Shown here in pieces: positions 20,681 through 30,951 of a DNA stretch of 64,000 nt (the first letter of the stretch is position 1; each line of letters opens with the position of its first letter). A model generated the notes under the pieces. That model was given only the letters and a program-made list of their open reading frames with translations. It ran no database searches and was not told the DNA's origin. Made by a program: the position numbers and the translations under genes. Source of the stretch: an uncultured bacterium. Its GTDB lineage: Bacteria; Actinomycetota; Acidimicrobiia; Spongiisociales; UBA5794. The stretch covers positions 1 through 64,000 of the forward strand of contig CAWDDT010000009.1 in assembly GCA_963801165.1 (NCBI GenBank), given 5' to 3'.

Positions 20681-21412
20681 CTAGAGCGGGGGATTCTCCG
20701 TGGGGCTCGGGGCAGCCGCCTCGACCATGGCAAGAAGCTGCGGGACCGGCTGGCCGGCAGGCATTCCCACCAATGTCACATCGCTCGCCTCATCCCAGAT
20801 CGTCAGAGCCTCGTTCAGTGTGGCGGGTGTGGCGATTACGGCGAACTGCTCCAAGAGCCTCTCGGCACCAGGGGGAATCACGCACGTGTCGGGCCTTGGA
20901 TGACGGTTGGCTTCGAGCACAGCCGCCACTTCCTGCTCGAAGCCCTGGTTGGCGGTCAGGCGTGCGTAGGTGTCTCCCATCGCTGTGAGGTACCAGGCAA
21001 GCCCACTGGCGGCTATGGCGGTTGCCGTTTCGAGGTCGGGGTGGACACCGAAGAACGGACTACCGAACACCCTGAATGCCCCGGGATCGCCGCCGGACGC
21101 AGCTCGCAGGCTGCGGACGCGATCTACTTCGGACCGGAAGCGGTCGCGCGCAATGAACATCGGGCACCAGCCATCAGCCAGCTGAGCCGCCACGGCGGTT
21201 GTGCGAGGCCCCATCGCAGCGATGATGATCTGCTGCTCGCTGGTTGCCGGAACGCCGAGGCGCAATGGGCGAGTCTCAGAGTCCGTCAGGGGACTGGCCC
21301 GCTCGCCAGCTAGAAGGGAACGAACTTCTCGCGTCACATCGGATAGCCGTTGCGCCGAATCACGAAAGTGATGACGGTGCAGCCCCTCACTGAGCGCCCT
21401 CGTCGACGCCAC
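20681..21412 (-). pseudogene. LLM-class flavin-dependent oxidoreductase, 5'-truncated next to a tRNA-derived junction
   Basis: ASTRALSEGLH, IAAMGPRT..AAQLADGW motifs; N-terminal ~90 aa missing. Confidence 0.7.
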
Positions 21413-21441
21413 CGCCCGTCACCAGGCCCAGCTGACCAGTT

Positions 21442-21528
21442 ATCTGAAGGATGGGGCTTGTCGGCAGCGACAGGAGCGAGTCACCTCCGGGCTTGCCGCC
21501 GAACGCCCCTGCGATTGCGGGGGTCTTG
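21442..21528 (+). repeat. Degenerate tRNA 3'-half copy with palindrome insert and hairpin
   Basis: ATCTGAAGGATGGGGCTTGTCGGCAGCGACAGGAGCGAGT..CCGGGCTTGC..CCCC..GGGGGTCTT aligns with 18397-18480. Confidence 0.8.
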
Positions 21529-21830
21529 ATAATCTCTCACCGGGTTCGACGGCGTCTGGGTACCTGTTTGGCTGGCAACGAATGCGGCCATCGCTCCCGA
21601 GGAGCGATGCAAGTGCACCGATGGTGATGCCGGCCATCCGCGTCATGCGCACCAGAATGGCCGACTTATTGAGCTTCGGCAGATCGCCGGCGCCGGAGAC
21701 GTTGGAAACACCCGCCGCACGGGGCTCGAACAGCGACCCGTTAACCCCCGCCGGGTTGACCGTCCGCGACGCGATTACCGGGACCCGACTGGGCCCCGGT
21801 AATCAGATGATTGCTTGATACGCGCGGCTC

Positions 21831-22085
21831 TCAGGAATCGGTGTCTATGGAGCCGGCCTCGTGGACGCGATCGATCAGTTTGTCGATTTTGGCGGAAATG
21901 GTGTCGATTGATTCTCCGGCCTTCTCGCGGATCGTGCCTACCAGGCGATCCCATTGGCCTTCGGCGCGATCAATGTCGTCGTCGGTGAGTGCCCCCCACG
22001 CTTCCTTGAGGCGGCCCCGCATCTCCTGGACCGATGCCTCGAATTTCATCTCTCTCGTATCAGTGTCAGTTGTATTGGTGTTCAT
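21831..22085 (-). CDS. CsbD-family stress protein
   Basis: GRLKEAWGALTDDDIDRAEGQWDRLVGTIREKAGE; AGGAGG RBS. Confidence 0.9.
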   Translation of the reverse strand: MNTNTTDTDTREMKFEASVQEMRGRLKEAWGALTDDDIDRAEGQWDRLVGTIREKAGESIDTISAKIDKLIDRVHEAGSIDTDS

Positions 22086-22539
22086 GTGTTGGTTCCTCCT
22101 AGATGATGATGTGATGTTCTTGCTTGCCGTTGTCAGGCAAGCCGGTTCGGTCAGCAAGACCAGCCGACGTCATCGCCTTTCGACTGGTGAGTGGCTTTGC
22201 GGTGGTCGGTGATGATCCCGTCGTACACTCCGGTTGGAGGCTGCCGGGATCTCCTCGACGGTCGTCCGACTGGTTGGGTAGTCGTCCCACGACCGGTGCC
22301 GCACCTTCCATCTGCTGTCTTGCCGGTTACCTACCCACTCGCCCGCGTTCTGAAACGCGCCATCTGTAAGAGTGGGCTGAGTAGCTAGCCGACGCGGCCG
22401 ATGAGCTCAAGCGTGTCGGAAGCCGACGATCGGCACGGAGTCGCCTTCAAGCACCACACGGATGGCGTCATCGACATTGCACGGTGCCTCGCCAGTGGTG
22501 CCTTTGTCGGCGGTTGCGTTGTCAGCAGTTGCCCGGGCC

Positions 22540-22704
22540 TCAACCCTCGTATCCCGCAGCGCGTGCCGCCCGACCCTGGCGTTTCGCCTTCTCCTTGGCG
22601 GCCTCGCGGCTCTGCTTGTTGCCGGCCTCATAGTGGTACTTCTTCCCACTGTCGCCCCACTGGTAGTAGGGCCCTGTACCGTCCTTGCTCCGATGTACCG
22701 GCAT
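22540..22704 (-). CDS. Small basic protein (54 aa)
   Basis: MPVHRSKDGTGPYYQWGDSGKKYHYEAGNKQSREAAKEKAKRQGRAARAAGYEG; GGAGGA RBS. Confidence 0.7.
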   Translation of the reverse strand: MPVHRSKDGTGPYYQWGDSGKKYHYEAGNKQSREAAKEKAKRQGRAARAAGYEG

Positions 22705-23182
22705 ACGTGATCCTCCGTCTCCAGGCTTCGTTGAGCACCAAGTCCTGGCTGAGATAGGTACCCACCGCCGCAGGATACGAAACACGATGCGGTGTGCCGA
22801 CGGCTGCTTTCGGCCGTCGGGTGGACTGCGCAGGCAAGTCGGCGGGGCTGCATATTCTGAGCGGTGCAGGCCGCAGTGTGATCTCAGCGGAGCGAAGTGC
22901 CGCCGGTTCGCTCCGTCTTGGCCCTCTACCCGGTCGCGCCGCTGTCGCCAGTTGGAAGCAAGGCGGCCTCGGTCCTCTACTCGGGCCGCCGCCCTCGAGG
23001 GCCCGGGTGTGCTCGGAGATCCTGCAGACCTCTTCTCATGTTTGACAGATAACGCTTCGACGCCTCGCAGCGGTGACAGCCAGAACGCACCATGAGAATT
23101 CCGGCGGCCCGCAGTACCCGAAAGTATCATCACCGGCGCACGCCAGCCGCCGGCCAAGACACCGCCCGAACCTGAGGTCGCG

Positions 23183-26100
23183 ATGCCAAACGAACTCACC
23201 CGACGAGGCTTCCTAAGTCTCCTCGCCGCGGCGGGGGTGGGTGTGCTTGCCGGATGCACCAGCGACCCGGACTCGGCGACGACCACCACCCTGCCCGTTG
23301 TCACGACCGGCGGCGGAGATGGCGACCTGTGGAGCGTATGGGATCAGGTCCGTACTGCACTCCGCGGAAGTCCCGATCACCTGGCGGCCCGAGCCGAGGC
23401 CCTCGTTGCTGAGGGAGATGCCGCCGCGATCCACCAGTTCGTTCGCGACTCGATTGCGACACTCCCACCCCGGGCCGACGGCTTTCATCAGGCGGTGACA
23501 GCGATTCGGTGGGGAATGCAGGGCACACTGCGCGGCGGAGCGGGGACGCCGCGGGAGAAGGCAGAACTGCTCGCGTCGATGCTGCAGAGAGCCGGCTACG
23601 ACGCAAAGGTGGTCATGGCCTCGTTCGAACCGGCCGCCCTGTTGGAGACGCTCGGGCCACGAGAGGCCGCCCGATTTGACCCCGCGGTCGACGAGGCCCA
23701 GCTGGATCGATGGCTGGAAACGATCGGCGCCACCCCGGCAGACATCGCCGCTTTTGACCCCGACGGTGCATCTTCGACGCAACTCGGCGAGGGGCTGCTC
23801 GGGAACCTCGAAGGCACCGTCGGCGCCGATCCGGCCTTCGTCGTCGCGACGGATCAAGTCCCTCTCGTGAGCGCCCAGGTGAACGGGCAGGAGCTGGTAT
23901 TCGACCCCCTGACGCCGGGGGCGGAGCCCGTCGCGGCCTCCGCAACGGCGACCCTGCCTGCCCCTCCCGCCTCTCCCTTGCCGACAGTTGAGGTCGAACT
24001 GGCGGTCACCAGCACGGTGCAGCCGTTTGGCAAGATCACAGTGGCCCAAGGTTCGTGGCCGGTGGACCGGCTCGTGGGAAGGCGCCTGGTCGCCCGGTTC
24101 ATGCCCGCCGGCTCCCTCGAAGATAGCCTGCAGGTCCCGCCGCTCCAGATCACCACCTTCGTGCCGGTGCTGGCAATCGACGGGCCCGATGTCTCCGCCG
24201 AGGACGCGGCGTCGGACGCCGTGATCGGCGACCCGGTAACGGTCACAGGTTCGGTGCTGACCACTGACCCGGCGGGCACTCTCCTGATCGACGGCACCCC
24301 GGTGGGCATCGCCACCACCGGCACGCCCGACCCCGGGATGCTCGACCTGGCCATCAACCCTTCCGCGTTCCCCCATGTGAGGCTGCAGCTGAGGGTGGCA
24401 GACGCGGCCGGCACCCCGATTCTGGGCGCTTCCGGAGCCAGCCTCACCGTGATGGAGGACGATGTGCCGGTCCCCTTCCTCGTCCGTGAGGCGACGCCAC
24501 CGCCTCCCCGCGTGCTGGTTCTCTTCGACGGGTCGCTCAGCATCCCGGAGGAGTTCCGGGGGAGTGCCGCGGTCGGGTTCGCCCGCGAGCTGGCAACGGA
24601 CCTGTTTCAGGCGTTCCCCGATGCGATGGTTCGGGTCGCCGGGGTGAACTTCGGCTTGGCGTCGGCATCGCCATCGTGGATGGCCGATGTGGACAGCGTC
24701 GCCGCGGAAGTCGTGAGGTTGATCACCGATGGATCCGAGTACTGGTCGGCCATTGCAGACGCCGCCGCCCTCGGCGCCAACGTGATCGTGCTCGTCACCG
24801 ATGGCCAGTCGACCGATCCGGAGGATCGCGCCGCCGAGGCGCAGCTGAAGGCCGCGGTCGGGCCTCCGGTCGTCGCCATCGGGGTCGGCGAAGTCGATGT
24901 CGCCGGGCTCGAGGAGATCGCCGCGGTGACTTCGGGGAGCGCACATCAGGCCGGATCGGTCGCCGATGTCGTCGAATCCGTCTCCGGGTACCTGACCGGG
25001 CGGGAGGAGGCTCCGCTGCACGTTGAGTACCAGGCGCTGCCCGACGGGCCGTCGCCGCGGACGGTGACAGTGGCGATGGGGAGCATGGAAGCGAGCGGGG
25101 AGTACGAGGTCCCCGACCCGCATGAAGCGGCACCTCCGCCGTCGCTGACCGGGCTGCATCTGATCGTCCGATCGGGCGGAGCAGAAACCGTGAGGACCCT
25201 CGCCGGCAAGCCCCTCATCGGTGCGGGAGTGCAGGAACCACCGTCTCAGGATGTTCTCCAGGAGGTCCGGGCGGGTCTGTTCGGGGTAGCGCTCCTCTCG
25301 GTGGAGGGCCCCGCTCCCACACTCTCCGCCTGGCTCGACGACGTGTTCACCGCCAGGCTCAGCCTTCGCCCCCTGGTCGAGGCGGGCAGCTCGCTCGGAG
25401 ACTTCGTGGCCGCCCTGGAGGAGGGAGTGCACCACTGTCCTTCCGAGCTACTCGCTCTGCACGCCCCGCTGGTTGCCGACGGTCCGCCGACCTTCGAGGT
25501 GGCACCGAGGATGGTCCTGCTGACCCGACGGCCGACCTATGCCGGAGGGGCGGTGCGGCGCACCGACATCCTCCCCTTCACCAAATTCGCTACCGCCTCG
25601 ACCGATCCGGCCGAAGCGTTCCGGCTGACGGCTCAGCGCACCGCGAGGTTGGCGCTGGTCGAGAGTGACATTTTCACCGACAGCACGGCGAGCCGTCTCG
25701 ACGGCCGACCTCTGGAGTTGCTGGCTCCCGCCGTCCCCGGCTCGCGGGAGGGCGCCTATGCACTCCAGGCCGCCCTCCTCGACCGTTGGGCTGCCGACTA
25801 CCGGCTCATCCCGGGCGACGAAGGGGAGTTCGCCTTCTGGGCGATCGACAAGCGGGGCTCAGTCCTCGGGATCCTCCCCGACGGCAGCGGCGGGGGAGCG
25901 TCCTTCGACGGCAACGCCCAATGCAAGGCGATGAACCAGACTTTCAGCGCACTCGATCTGCTCGGCGGGCTGTTCGGGCTCCCGTTTGCGTTCGGGGCGT
26001 TTCTCGCCCTCGGGAAAGCCATCGCCAAGCAGGCCTACCGTGAGGCGGCCATCATCGCTTCGCTGGGGGGCGACATGCCGGACACGTCACAGTGCGGAGA

Positions 26101-26230
26101 CCCCGTCAAGGACGTTCCCTGCGACCTGGCGAAGGACTTGATTTCAGGTCTCGCTCATCCCCTCGAGGCCGCCTCGAAGGTCGAGAAGGTCTACGGCGTC
26201 GCCCAGGGTGGAGACCTCCTGGACTGCTGA
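23183..26230 (+). CDS. Tat-exported lipoprotein with transglutaminase-like and vWA domains
   Basis: TRRGFL Tat motif, LAGC lipobox, GTPREKAELLASMLQRAG, MIDAS DGSLS and LVTDG. Confidence 0.8.
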   Translation: MPNELTRRGFLSLLAAAGVGVLAGCTSDPDSATTTTLPVVTTGGGDGDLWSVWDQVRTALRGSPDHLAARAEALVAEGDAAAIHQFVRDSIATLPPRADGFHQAVTAIRWGMQGTLRGGAGTPREKAELLASMLQRAGYDAKVVMASFEPAALLETLGPREAARFDPAVDEAQLDRWLETIGATPADIAAFDPDGASSTQLGEGLLGNLEGTVGADPAFVVATDQVPLVSAQVNGQELVFDPLTPGAEPVAASATATLPAPPASPLPTVEVELAVTSTVQPFGKITVAQGSWPVDRLVGRRLVARFMPAGSLEDSLQVPPLQITTFVPVLAIDGPDVSAEDAASDAVIGDPVTVTGSVLTTDPAGTLLIDGTPVGIATTGTPDPGMLDLAINPSAFPHVRLQLRVADAAGTPILGASGASLTVMEDDVPVPFLVREATPPPPRVLVLFDGSLSIPEEFRGSAAVGFARELATDLFQAFPDAMVRVAGVNFGLASASPSWMADVDSVAAEVVRLITDGSEYWSAIADAAALGANVIVLVTDGQSTDPEDRAAEAQLKAAVGPPVVAIGVGEVDVAGLEEIAAVTSGSAHQAGSVADVVESVSGYLTGREEAPLHVEYQALPDGPSPRTVTVAMGSMEASGEYEVPDPHEAAPPPSLTGLHLIVRSGGAETVRTLAGKPLIGAGVQEPPSQDVLQEVRAGLFGVALLSVEGPAPTLSAWLDDVFTARLSLRPLVEAGSSLGDFVAALEEGVHHCPSELLALHAPLVADGPPTFEVAPRMVLLTRRPTYAGGAVRRTDILPFTKFATASTDPAEAFRLTAQRTARLALVESDIFTDSTASRLDGRPLELLAPAVPGSREGAYALQAALLDRWAADYRLIPGDEGEFAFWAIDKRGSVLGILPDGSGGGASFDGNAQCKAMNQTFSALDLLGGLFGLPFAFGAFLALGKAIAKQAYREAAIIASLGGDMPDTSQCGDPVKDVPCDLAKDLISGLAHPLEAASKVEKVYGVAQGGDLLDC

Positions 26231-26253
26231 GACTCCGAGCCTGCGCAGGGGTC

Positions 26254-26283
26254 TTGACAGACCAAACCTGAGTTAGGTATACA
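26254..26283 (+). promoter_or_regulatory. Sigma70-type promoter of hsp20
   Basis: TTGACA-N18-TATACA upstream of hsp20. Confidence 0.5.
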
Positions 26284-26375
26284 TAGATTATCTGAAGTTC
26301 ACTCTTTGGGGGTGATGTGGATCGCAAACTCGTGATGTCAATGAAAGGAGTCAGTGACAAACGGAGTGAGTGACG

Positions 26376-26804
26376 ATGTTGCGTTTCATGGATCCGTTTG
26401 AGGAGACCGATAGGAGTATGTCTTCCCTTGGCGGCCGTTGGCGTGGCGGGATCATGCCAATCGACGCCTTCGAGCACGATGGCGTATACACGTTGCGGTT
26501 CGACCTGCCCGGTGTGAACCCGGATGACGTCGACCTGACGGTAGAAGGCAACATGTTGACTGTGACGGCGGAGCGCCCGGCGGAGAAGACCGAGGACGTG
26601 GCGTGGCTGGTGCGGAAGCGCCCGGCGGGTACCCACCGCCGTGACGTGCGGTTGGGCGACCGTCTCGCCACCAGCGAGGTCAGCGCCGGCCATGACAGTG
26701 GCGTGTTGACGGTGACGATCCCGACGCGTGACGAGGCCAAGCCACACAAGGTCTCCATTGCTTCGGGCACCGCGGAGAGGCTCACTGCTGGAGCTACCGC
26801 CTGA
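26376..26804 (+). CDS. Hsp20/alpha-crystallin small heat-shock protein
   Basis: MLRFMDPF, FDLPGV, LTVTAER, GVLTVTIP motifs. Confidence 0.95.
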   Translation: MLRFMDPFEETDRSMSSLGGRWRGGIMPIDAFEHDGVYTLRFDLPGVNPDDVDLTVEGNMLTVTAERPAEKTEDVAWLVRKRPAGTHRRDVRLGDRLATSEVSAGHDSGVLTVTIPTRDEAKPHKVSIASGTAERLTAGATA

Positions 26805-26883
26805 CCGGACGAGCCCAGATCGCATTTCCCCGGGCCCTTCCGGCTCTCGTGTCGGAAGGGCCTGCGAAAGGAGTGAATGGCCG

Positions 26884-27351
26884 ATGGCGACTGATGACGA
26901 CCCGTCTGTCCACCAAGCAGCCTTCGTAGCGAGTCGCATAGACCGCGACCGGACACTACAGGCAATTCACCGTTTTGAGACCGCACTGGCAATGGCGGCC
27001 GAGGGAGCCAACTGGCTTTCGGAAGTCACAACGGACCTCGAGGCGCTGGAGGCGGCGATGACCGAAGAGCGGCGCGAGCTGAACCGCCCAGACTCACTTT
27101 TGGCGATGATCGCCGCTGAGCATCCGCGCCGGTTCAGCTCCCGAGTCCGCAACCTGGAAGAGCAGTACGACGACATCATCCGCCAATCGGCGTCACTCCG
27201 AGATCAGCTCGCTCGCGGCGAGGGCTCCCCGCCCGACGCCGGTGACCTTCGTCAACGCGCCAGTTGGCTCATCCGTGCCCTCCATCACTGCCGTGCCCGC
27301 CAAACCGACATCGTGTACGAAGCCATCGCCATGGACCTCGGGGAGCGCTGA
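26884..27351 (+). CDS. Hypothetical helical protein (hemerythrin-like fold possible)
   Basis: 155 aa helical ORF; AAGGAG RBS; ends YEAIAMDLGER. Confidence 0.65.
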   Translation: MATDDDPSVHQAAFVASRIDRDRTLQAIHRFETALAMAAEGANWLSEVTTDLEALEAAMTEERRELNRPDSLLAMIAAEHPRRFSSRVRNLEEQYDDIIRQSASLRDQLARGEGSPPDAGDLRQRASWLIRALHHCRARQTDIVYEAIAMDLGER

Positions 27352-27515
27352 TTGGATGTGCCCGCGGACGCCCAGCCGCAGGTCCTCGTGCCGGCACAGT
27401 CGGTGTGTCGAGAGGGGGTGACTCGCCGGGATGGCCGACAGCGATCGTACGTGAGCTTGTTCAACTCGTGAAGATCAATGTGCGGCGCTAGCTGCCATTG
27501 CCGGTCGAACGCCGG

Positions 27516-28169
27516 TTACGAGGTTCGCTCCTCGCCGCAGGTCGCTTCGAACGTGCCGGTCGCGGTCTCGACCTCATCGGTGAAGAGACTGTTCTGTCTG
27601 AAGAACGTTGCCGTGCCGCGCACCGTCCGGCCATCGATCTCCATAGTATCGACCTGACTCATCCCCGGTTGCAGCGCGTCAAAATTCTCGAACATCGGGC
27701 TGGCTTCATCGGCAACCCAGTCTTCGTCACCGATGCCAACGTCGATCGAGTTGACCTCTCCGACCACATCGGGGTCCGTTCCTTCGTGCAATGCGACAAT
27801 GCTCACGCTGCCCTTCGCTTTTGCCCCGCCCTCGTCGATCATCGGCAACTGAATCGAGAAGATACCGAACAGATTGGTGAGGCATTGCGCTACAACGGCA
27901 CCTTCGGTAGAGAAGTTGTAGGTCTCGCCCTCGAGAGTCACGGTTGCCGTCGATGGACCGGAACCTTCGGAGTCGTCTGCACTGCCGGTCGTCGTGGGAG
28001 GCGCCGTTGTCTCCTCGGTGCCGACGCCCGCCGACGACGCTTCCGTGGTTACTGCCGCAGTCGTGCCGGGTTCGTCCGAGGTGCCGTCGGCTCCTGTGTC
28101 AGCGGAATCTCCGCCGCATGCCGCCACCGCGAGAAGGATGGCAACGACCAATACATTCAAACGTCTCAC
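27516..28169 (-). CDS. Lipoprotein
   Basis: VAAC lipobox followed by Thr/Ser-rich linker. Confidence 0.8.
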   Translation of the reverse strand: MRRLNVLVVAILLAVAACGGDSADTGADGTSDEPGTTAAVTTEASSAGVGTEETTAPPTTTGSADDSEGSGPSTATVTLEGETYNFSTEGAVVAQCLTNLFGIFSIQLPMIDEGGAKAKGSVSIVALHEGTDPDVVGEVNSIDVGIGDEDWVADEASPMFENFDALQPGMSQVDTMEIDGRTVRGTATFFRQNSLFTDEVETATGTFEATCGEERTS

Positions 28170-28601
28170 TTGCTACTCCCTCCGCCACGGAAAGCCCCCG
28201 CCCCCGCAGCAATTGCAACCGACCATACAGGAGGGCTCTCTCACTTGGGACGGCAAACTCCCAATCGCCACAGCTCCTGGCCGAACGGCCGTCGCGGATC
28301 GGCTCAGCGTCGAGTGCCGCGAGAGACCATCGAGGGCCTCCACACCAGTTCGAGACCAAGCTCGAACTCGTTACGCCTGGTCGCAAGTGTGTCCACCGGT
28401 GACCGCGTGGGTACATCTATCGGTGTCACCCTGTTGCGGGTCGGAACGTCCGCCGGAACGCCTCCGATGTTGTGTCCGTAGCTCTGCGTGTCGTCACGTG
28501 CTCAGGTCAGATGGGAATCGTGCCGGCGACATTCTCTGGCACCGCTGTGCCGATTGCGCCTATATGGTTGGATCGTTGCGGGATCTGTCGAGGGAGGGAC
28601 C

Positions 28602-30797
28602 ATGGGGAGCCTGACGACGACGCGGAGACGGGTGGCGGCCTGGTTCGTCGCGCTGTTGGCGCTCTCGGCTTGCACGAGCAGCGGCCCGACGGGTGCGGGC
28701 TCTGATGACGGAGCGACGACGGTGGTACCGGGGGGCGCTGGGACCACCGCGATGCTGGTTGGCGCCGAGGAGCAGCCGCTCCCCGACCTCGCGGATCTCA
28801 GCCTCGTCGACAACCTCATCGCCAAGGAGGCAGATGGCGAATGGACCCGGGGAGAGGGGCTCGTTGCGACACTGGGAATGGTGGTCGGGGACGTCGACGT
28901 CTCCGCGGTGCTCCGGTATCCCGAACTCGTCGAACCGGAGCTGACCGGGATCGTTGCCATGGCGCGTGACTACCTCGAGGATGATTCCAACACCGAAGCG
29001 CGGTCCGACATCGCCCGTCTCCTCGAGCGGCTCGTGTTCTCCGGCGAGCAGCTGGACGCGATGGCCGGCAATGGTCCGCAGGCCCTGGCGGCGGTCCCCG
29101 GTTCGGTGCTTGCCGCCGCGGCGTTCCAAAACTCCGACGAGGATTGCCAGAAGTTCTTTGCTACGACGACCCCGGCCGGTGTGAGCACGTGTCTGGAGGA
29201 GAGAGATGTCTTTGTCCTCGACGTCGCCGGGGAGGGACCGTACCGGGTCTATGTCCCCGCGCCGGAGATGGACGCGGCCGGGTGGACCGAGGACCACTAC
29301 CAGCTGGCGGTGGATGCGCTACTCGAAACGGTGCCGGTGTACACCGAGCTGCCGGCGGGCGAGGACTTCGCCATGCCGCCGGTCAACCTCGTCTTTTCCG
29401 TAGCCGGTGGCGGCGGGGCCTCGGCGATGGCAGACCCGGTTGCGGGTGGGGAGTGTGGCATCGTCCTGTTTACGGAGCTGTTGAAGCCGAAGTACACCGC
29501 CGGCGACTTCAAGCAGGTGGTGGCCCACGAGCTCGGCCACTGTTACCAGACCGAGCGGTTCCCTGCGCAGGATTCGGTCCGTTACGAGGACATCCGCTGG
29601 CGCGAGGAGGGAATGGCCAACCTGCTCTCGAACATCGTTTATCCCGCCAATGATCTCGAGTGGGATCCGGGGACGATGAGCAAGCTGGCGCAACACGAGC
29701 TCGAGACATCCCTGTTCGATCGGGCCTACACAAACTCGATCTTCTTTCAGCACCTCCTGTCGACCGGTTCGATCGAATCGTTGTTCGATCTGGTCGCCAG
29801 CTTGCCCACGGACGACGGTATGCAGCTCCAGAAGGACGCGATGGCCGGTTACCCGGGCATGATCGAGAAGCATCACGAGTACGCCCAGACGGTCACCGAC
29901 GAGATGATCGTCGACAGCAGCCAGGAGTTCGGCGACTACGCCATGACGGATGACAATTTCCCCGAAGTCGAGGTCACCAACCCGGGCACCGTACTCGTCG
30001 CCAATCTCGTGCCGTTCCAGCTCGCCCGCCGCCATGTTGTCGTGCCCCCCGGCAAGCAAGCATGTCTCACCTGGGACGACTCGAACTTCATCGTCACCAA
30101 GCGGGACCATCCCATCGGGCCGAACCAGCCGGAGTGGAGCCCGCTTCTAACGATGCTGCCGCCGGTCTTGGAGGAGTCGGGTGACGTGGCGCTCGTGGTC
30201 ACGGCACGGAACCCTGGGACGTTCTCACTCGTTGCGGAGTCCGTTCACGATCTCAACGAGGAAACCGACGGGGAGCTCGTCGGCACGTGGGTCGTCCAGA
30301 ACACCAGCCTCTGGGACAAGGTCGGCTACATCGCCCCGGTGCAGAACCTCAACTCGATCACCGGCCGGATCACCGTGACTTTCAAGAGGGACGGCACCGT
30401 GGACATCGCCTACGACGGTTTCAGCGTGTCTGGTGACAGCACGGTGAACCTCGCTGAGGGCGCGTTCTCGTCCGACTTTTCGAGGACATACTCGTCTGTG
30501 ACTGATGCCGAGGGCAGCGACGGGTACGAGCTGACCGGTGACTACGTCTTCTACGACCACCTTTCGGAGAGCGATTTCCTGACAGGCACCGCAACTGTGT
30601 CGGAGACCTCCCGCGGGGTGTTCCTCGGGGTCAAGACCGAGAACATTGAGCTCGACACAAAGCTCCCGGACAGCACGGTCGATACCTATCCGGCGAACGG
30701 TTGGGGGGTCATCGGCGCCGCCAATCAGGTGCGATTCGCCTGCGGCGGCCACATCCTCCTCCTTGACGACACCATCCTGCGCCGCGTGGACTCTTGA
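28602..30797 (+). CDS. Lipoprotein with gluzincin-type zinc metallopeptidase motif
   Basis: LSAC lipobox; VVAHELGHCYQ then WREEGMA (HExxH...E). Confidence 0.78.
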   Translation: MGSLTTTRRRVAAWFVALLALSACTSSGPTGAGSDDGATTVVPGGAGTTAMLVGAEEQPLPDLADLSLVDNLIAKEADGEWTRGEGLVATLGMVVGDVDVSAVLRYPELVEPELTGIVAMARDYLEDDSNTEARSDIARLLERLVFSGEQLDAMAGNGPQALAAVPGSVLAAAAFQNSDEDCQKFFATTTPAGVSTCLEERDVFVLDVAGEGPYRVYVPAPEMDAAGWTEDHYQLAVDALLETVPVYTELPAGEDFAMPPVNLVFSVAGGGGASAMADPVAGGECGIVLFTELLKPKYTAGDFKQVVAHELGHCYQTERFPAQDSVRYEDIRWREEGMANLLSNIVYPANDLEWDPGTMSKLAQHELETSLFDRAYTNSIFFQHLLSTGSIESLFDLVASLPTDDGMQLQKDAMAGYPGMIEKHHEYAQTVTDEMIVDSSQEFGDYAMTDDNFPEVEVTNPGTVLVANLVPFQLARRHVVVPPGKQACLTWDDSNFIVTKRDHPIGPNQPEWSPLLTMLPPVLEESGDVALVVTARNPGTFSLVAESVHDLNEETDGELVGTWVVQNTSLWDKVGYIAPVQNLNSITGRITVTFKRDGTVDIAYDGFSVSGDSTVNLAEGAFSSDFSRTYSSVTDAEGSDGYELTGDYVFYDHLSESDFLTGTATVSETSRGVFLGVKTENIELDTKLPDSTVDTYPANGWGVIGAANQVRFACGGHILLLDDTILRRVDS

Positions 30798-30812
30798 GCG
30801 AGAGGTTGACCT

Positions 30813-30850
30813 CCACGGCAGAAGGATGGGGCCGTTCGGACAGCGACAGG
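30813..30850 (+). repeat. Highly degenerate tRNA 3'-half/palindrome remnant
   Basis: CCACGGCAGAAGGATGGGGCCGTTCGGACAGCGACAGG vs CTACGGATCAGAAGGATGGGGCCTGTCGCAGGCGACAGG. Confidence 0.6.
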
Positions 30851-30951
30851 CAGCCTCCTGGCAGGGATGGCTGCGGGAATGAACCCTCCACGGTGTCGTT
30901 GCACAGGAGATCCGTGTTCCTGGCAACTCGCGACGTGAGAGACTCGCACTC

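Noticed and set aside
23213-25435. 740-aa antisense ORF and similar long shadow ORFs (27498, 30709, 33322, 42004, 46304)
   Set aside because: They mirror well-supported genes in GC-rich DNA and have no motifs.
26267-26290. HspR HAIR operator at hsp20
   Set aside because: Only the left half (CCTGAGT) resembles CTTGAGT-N7-ACTCAAG, which is too weak to call.
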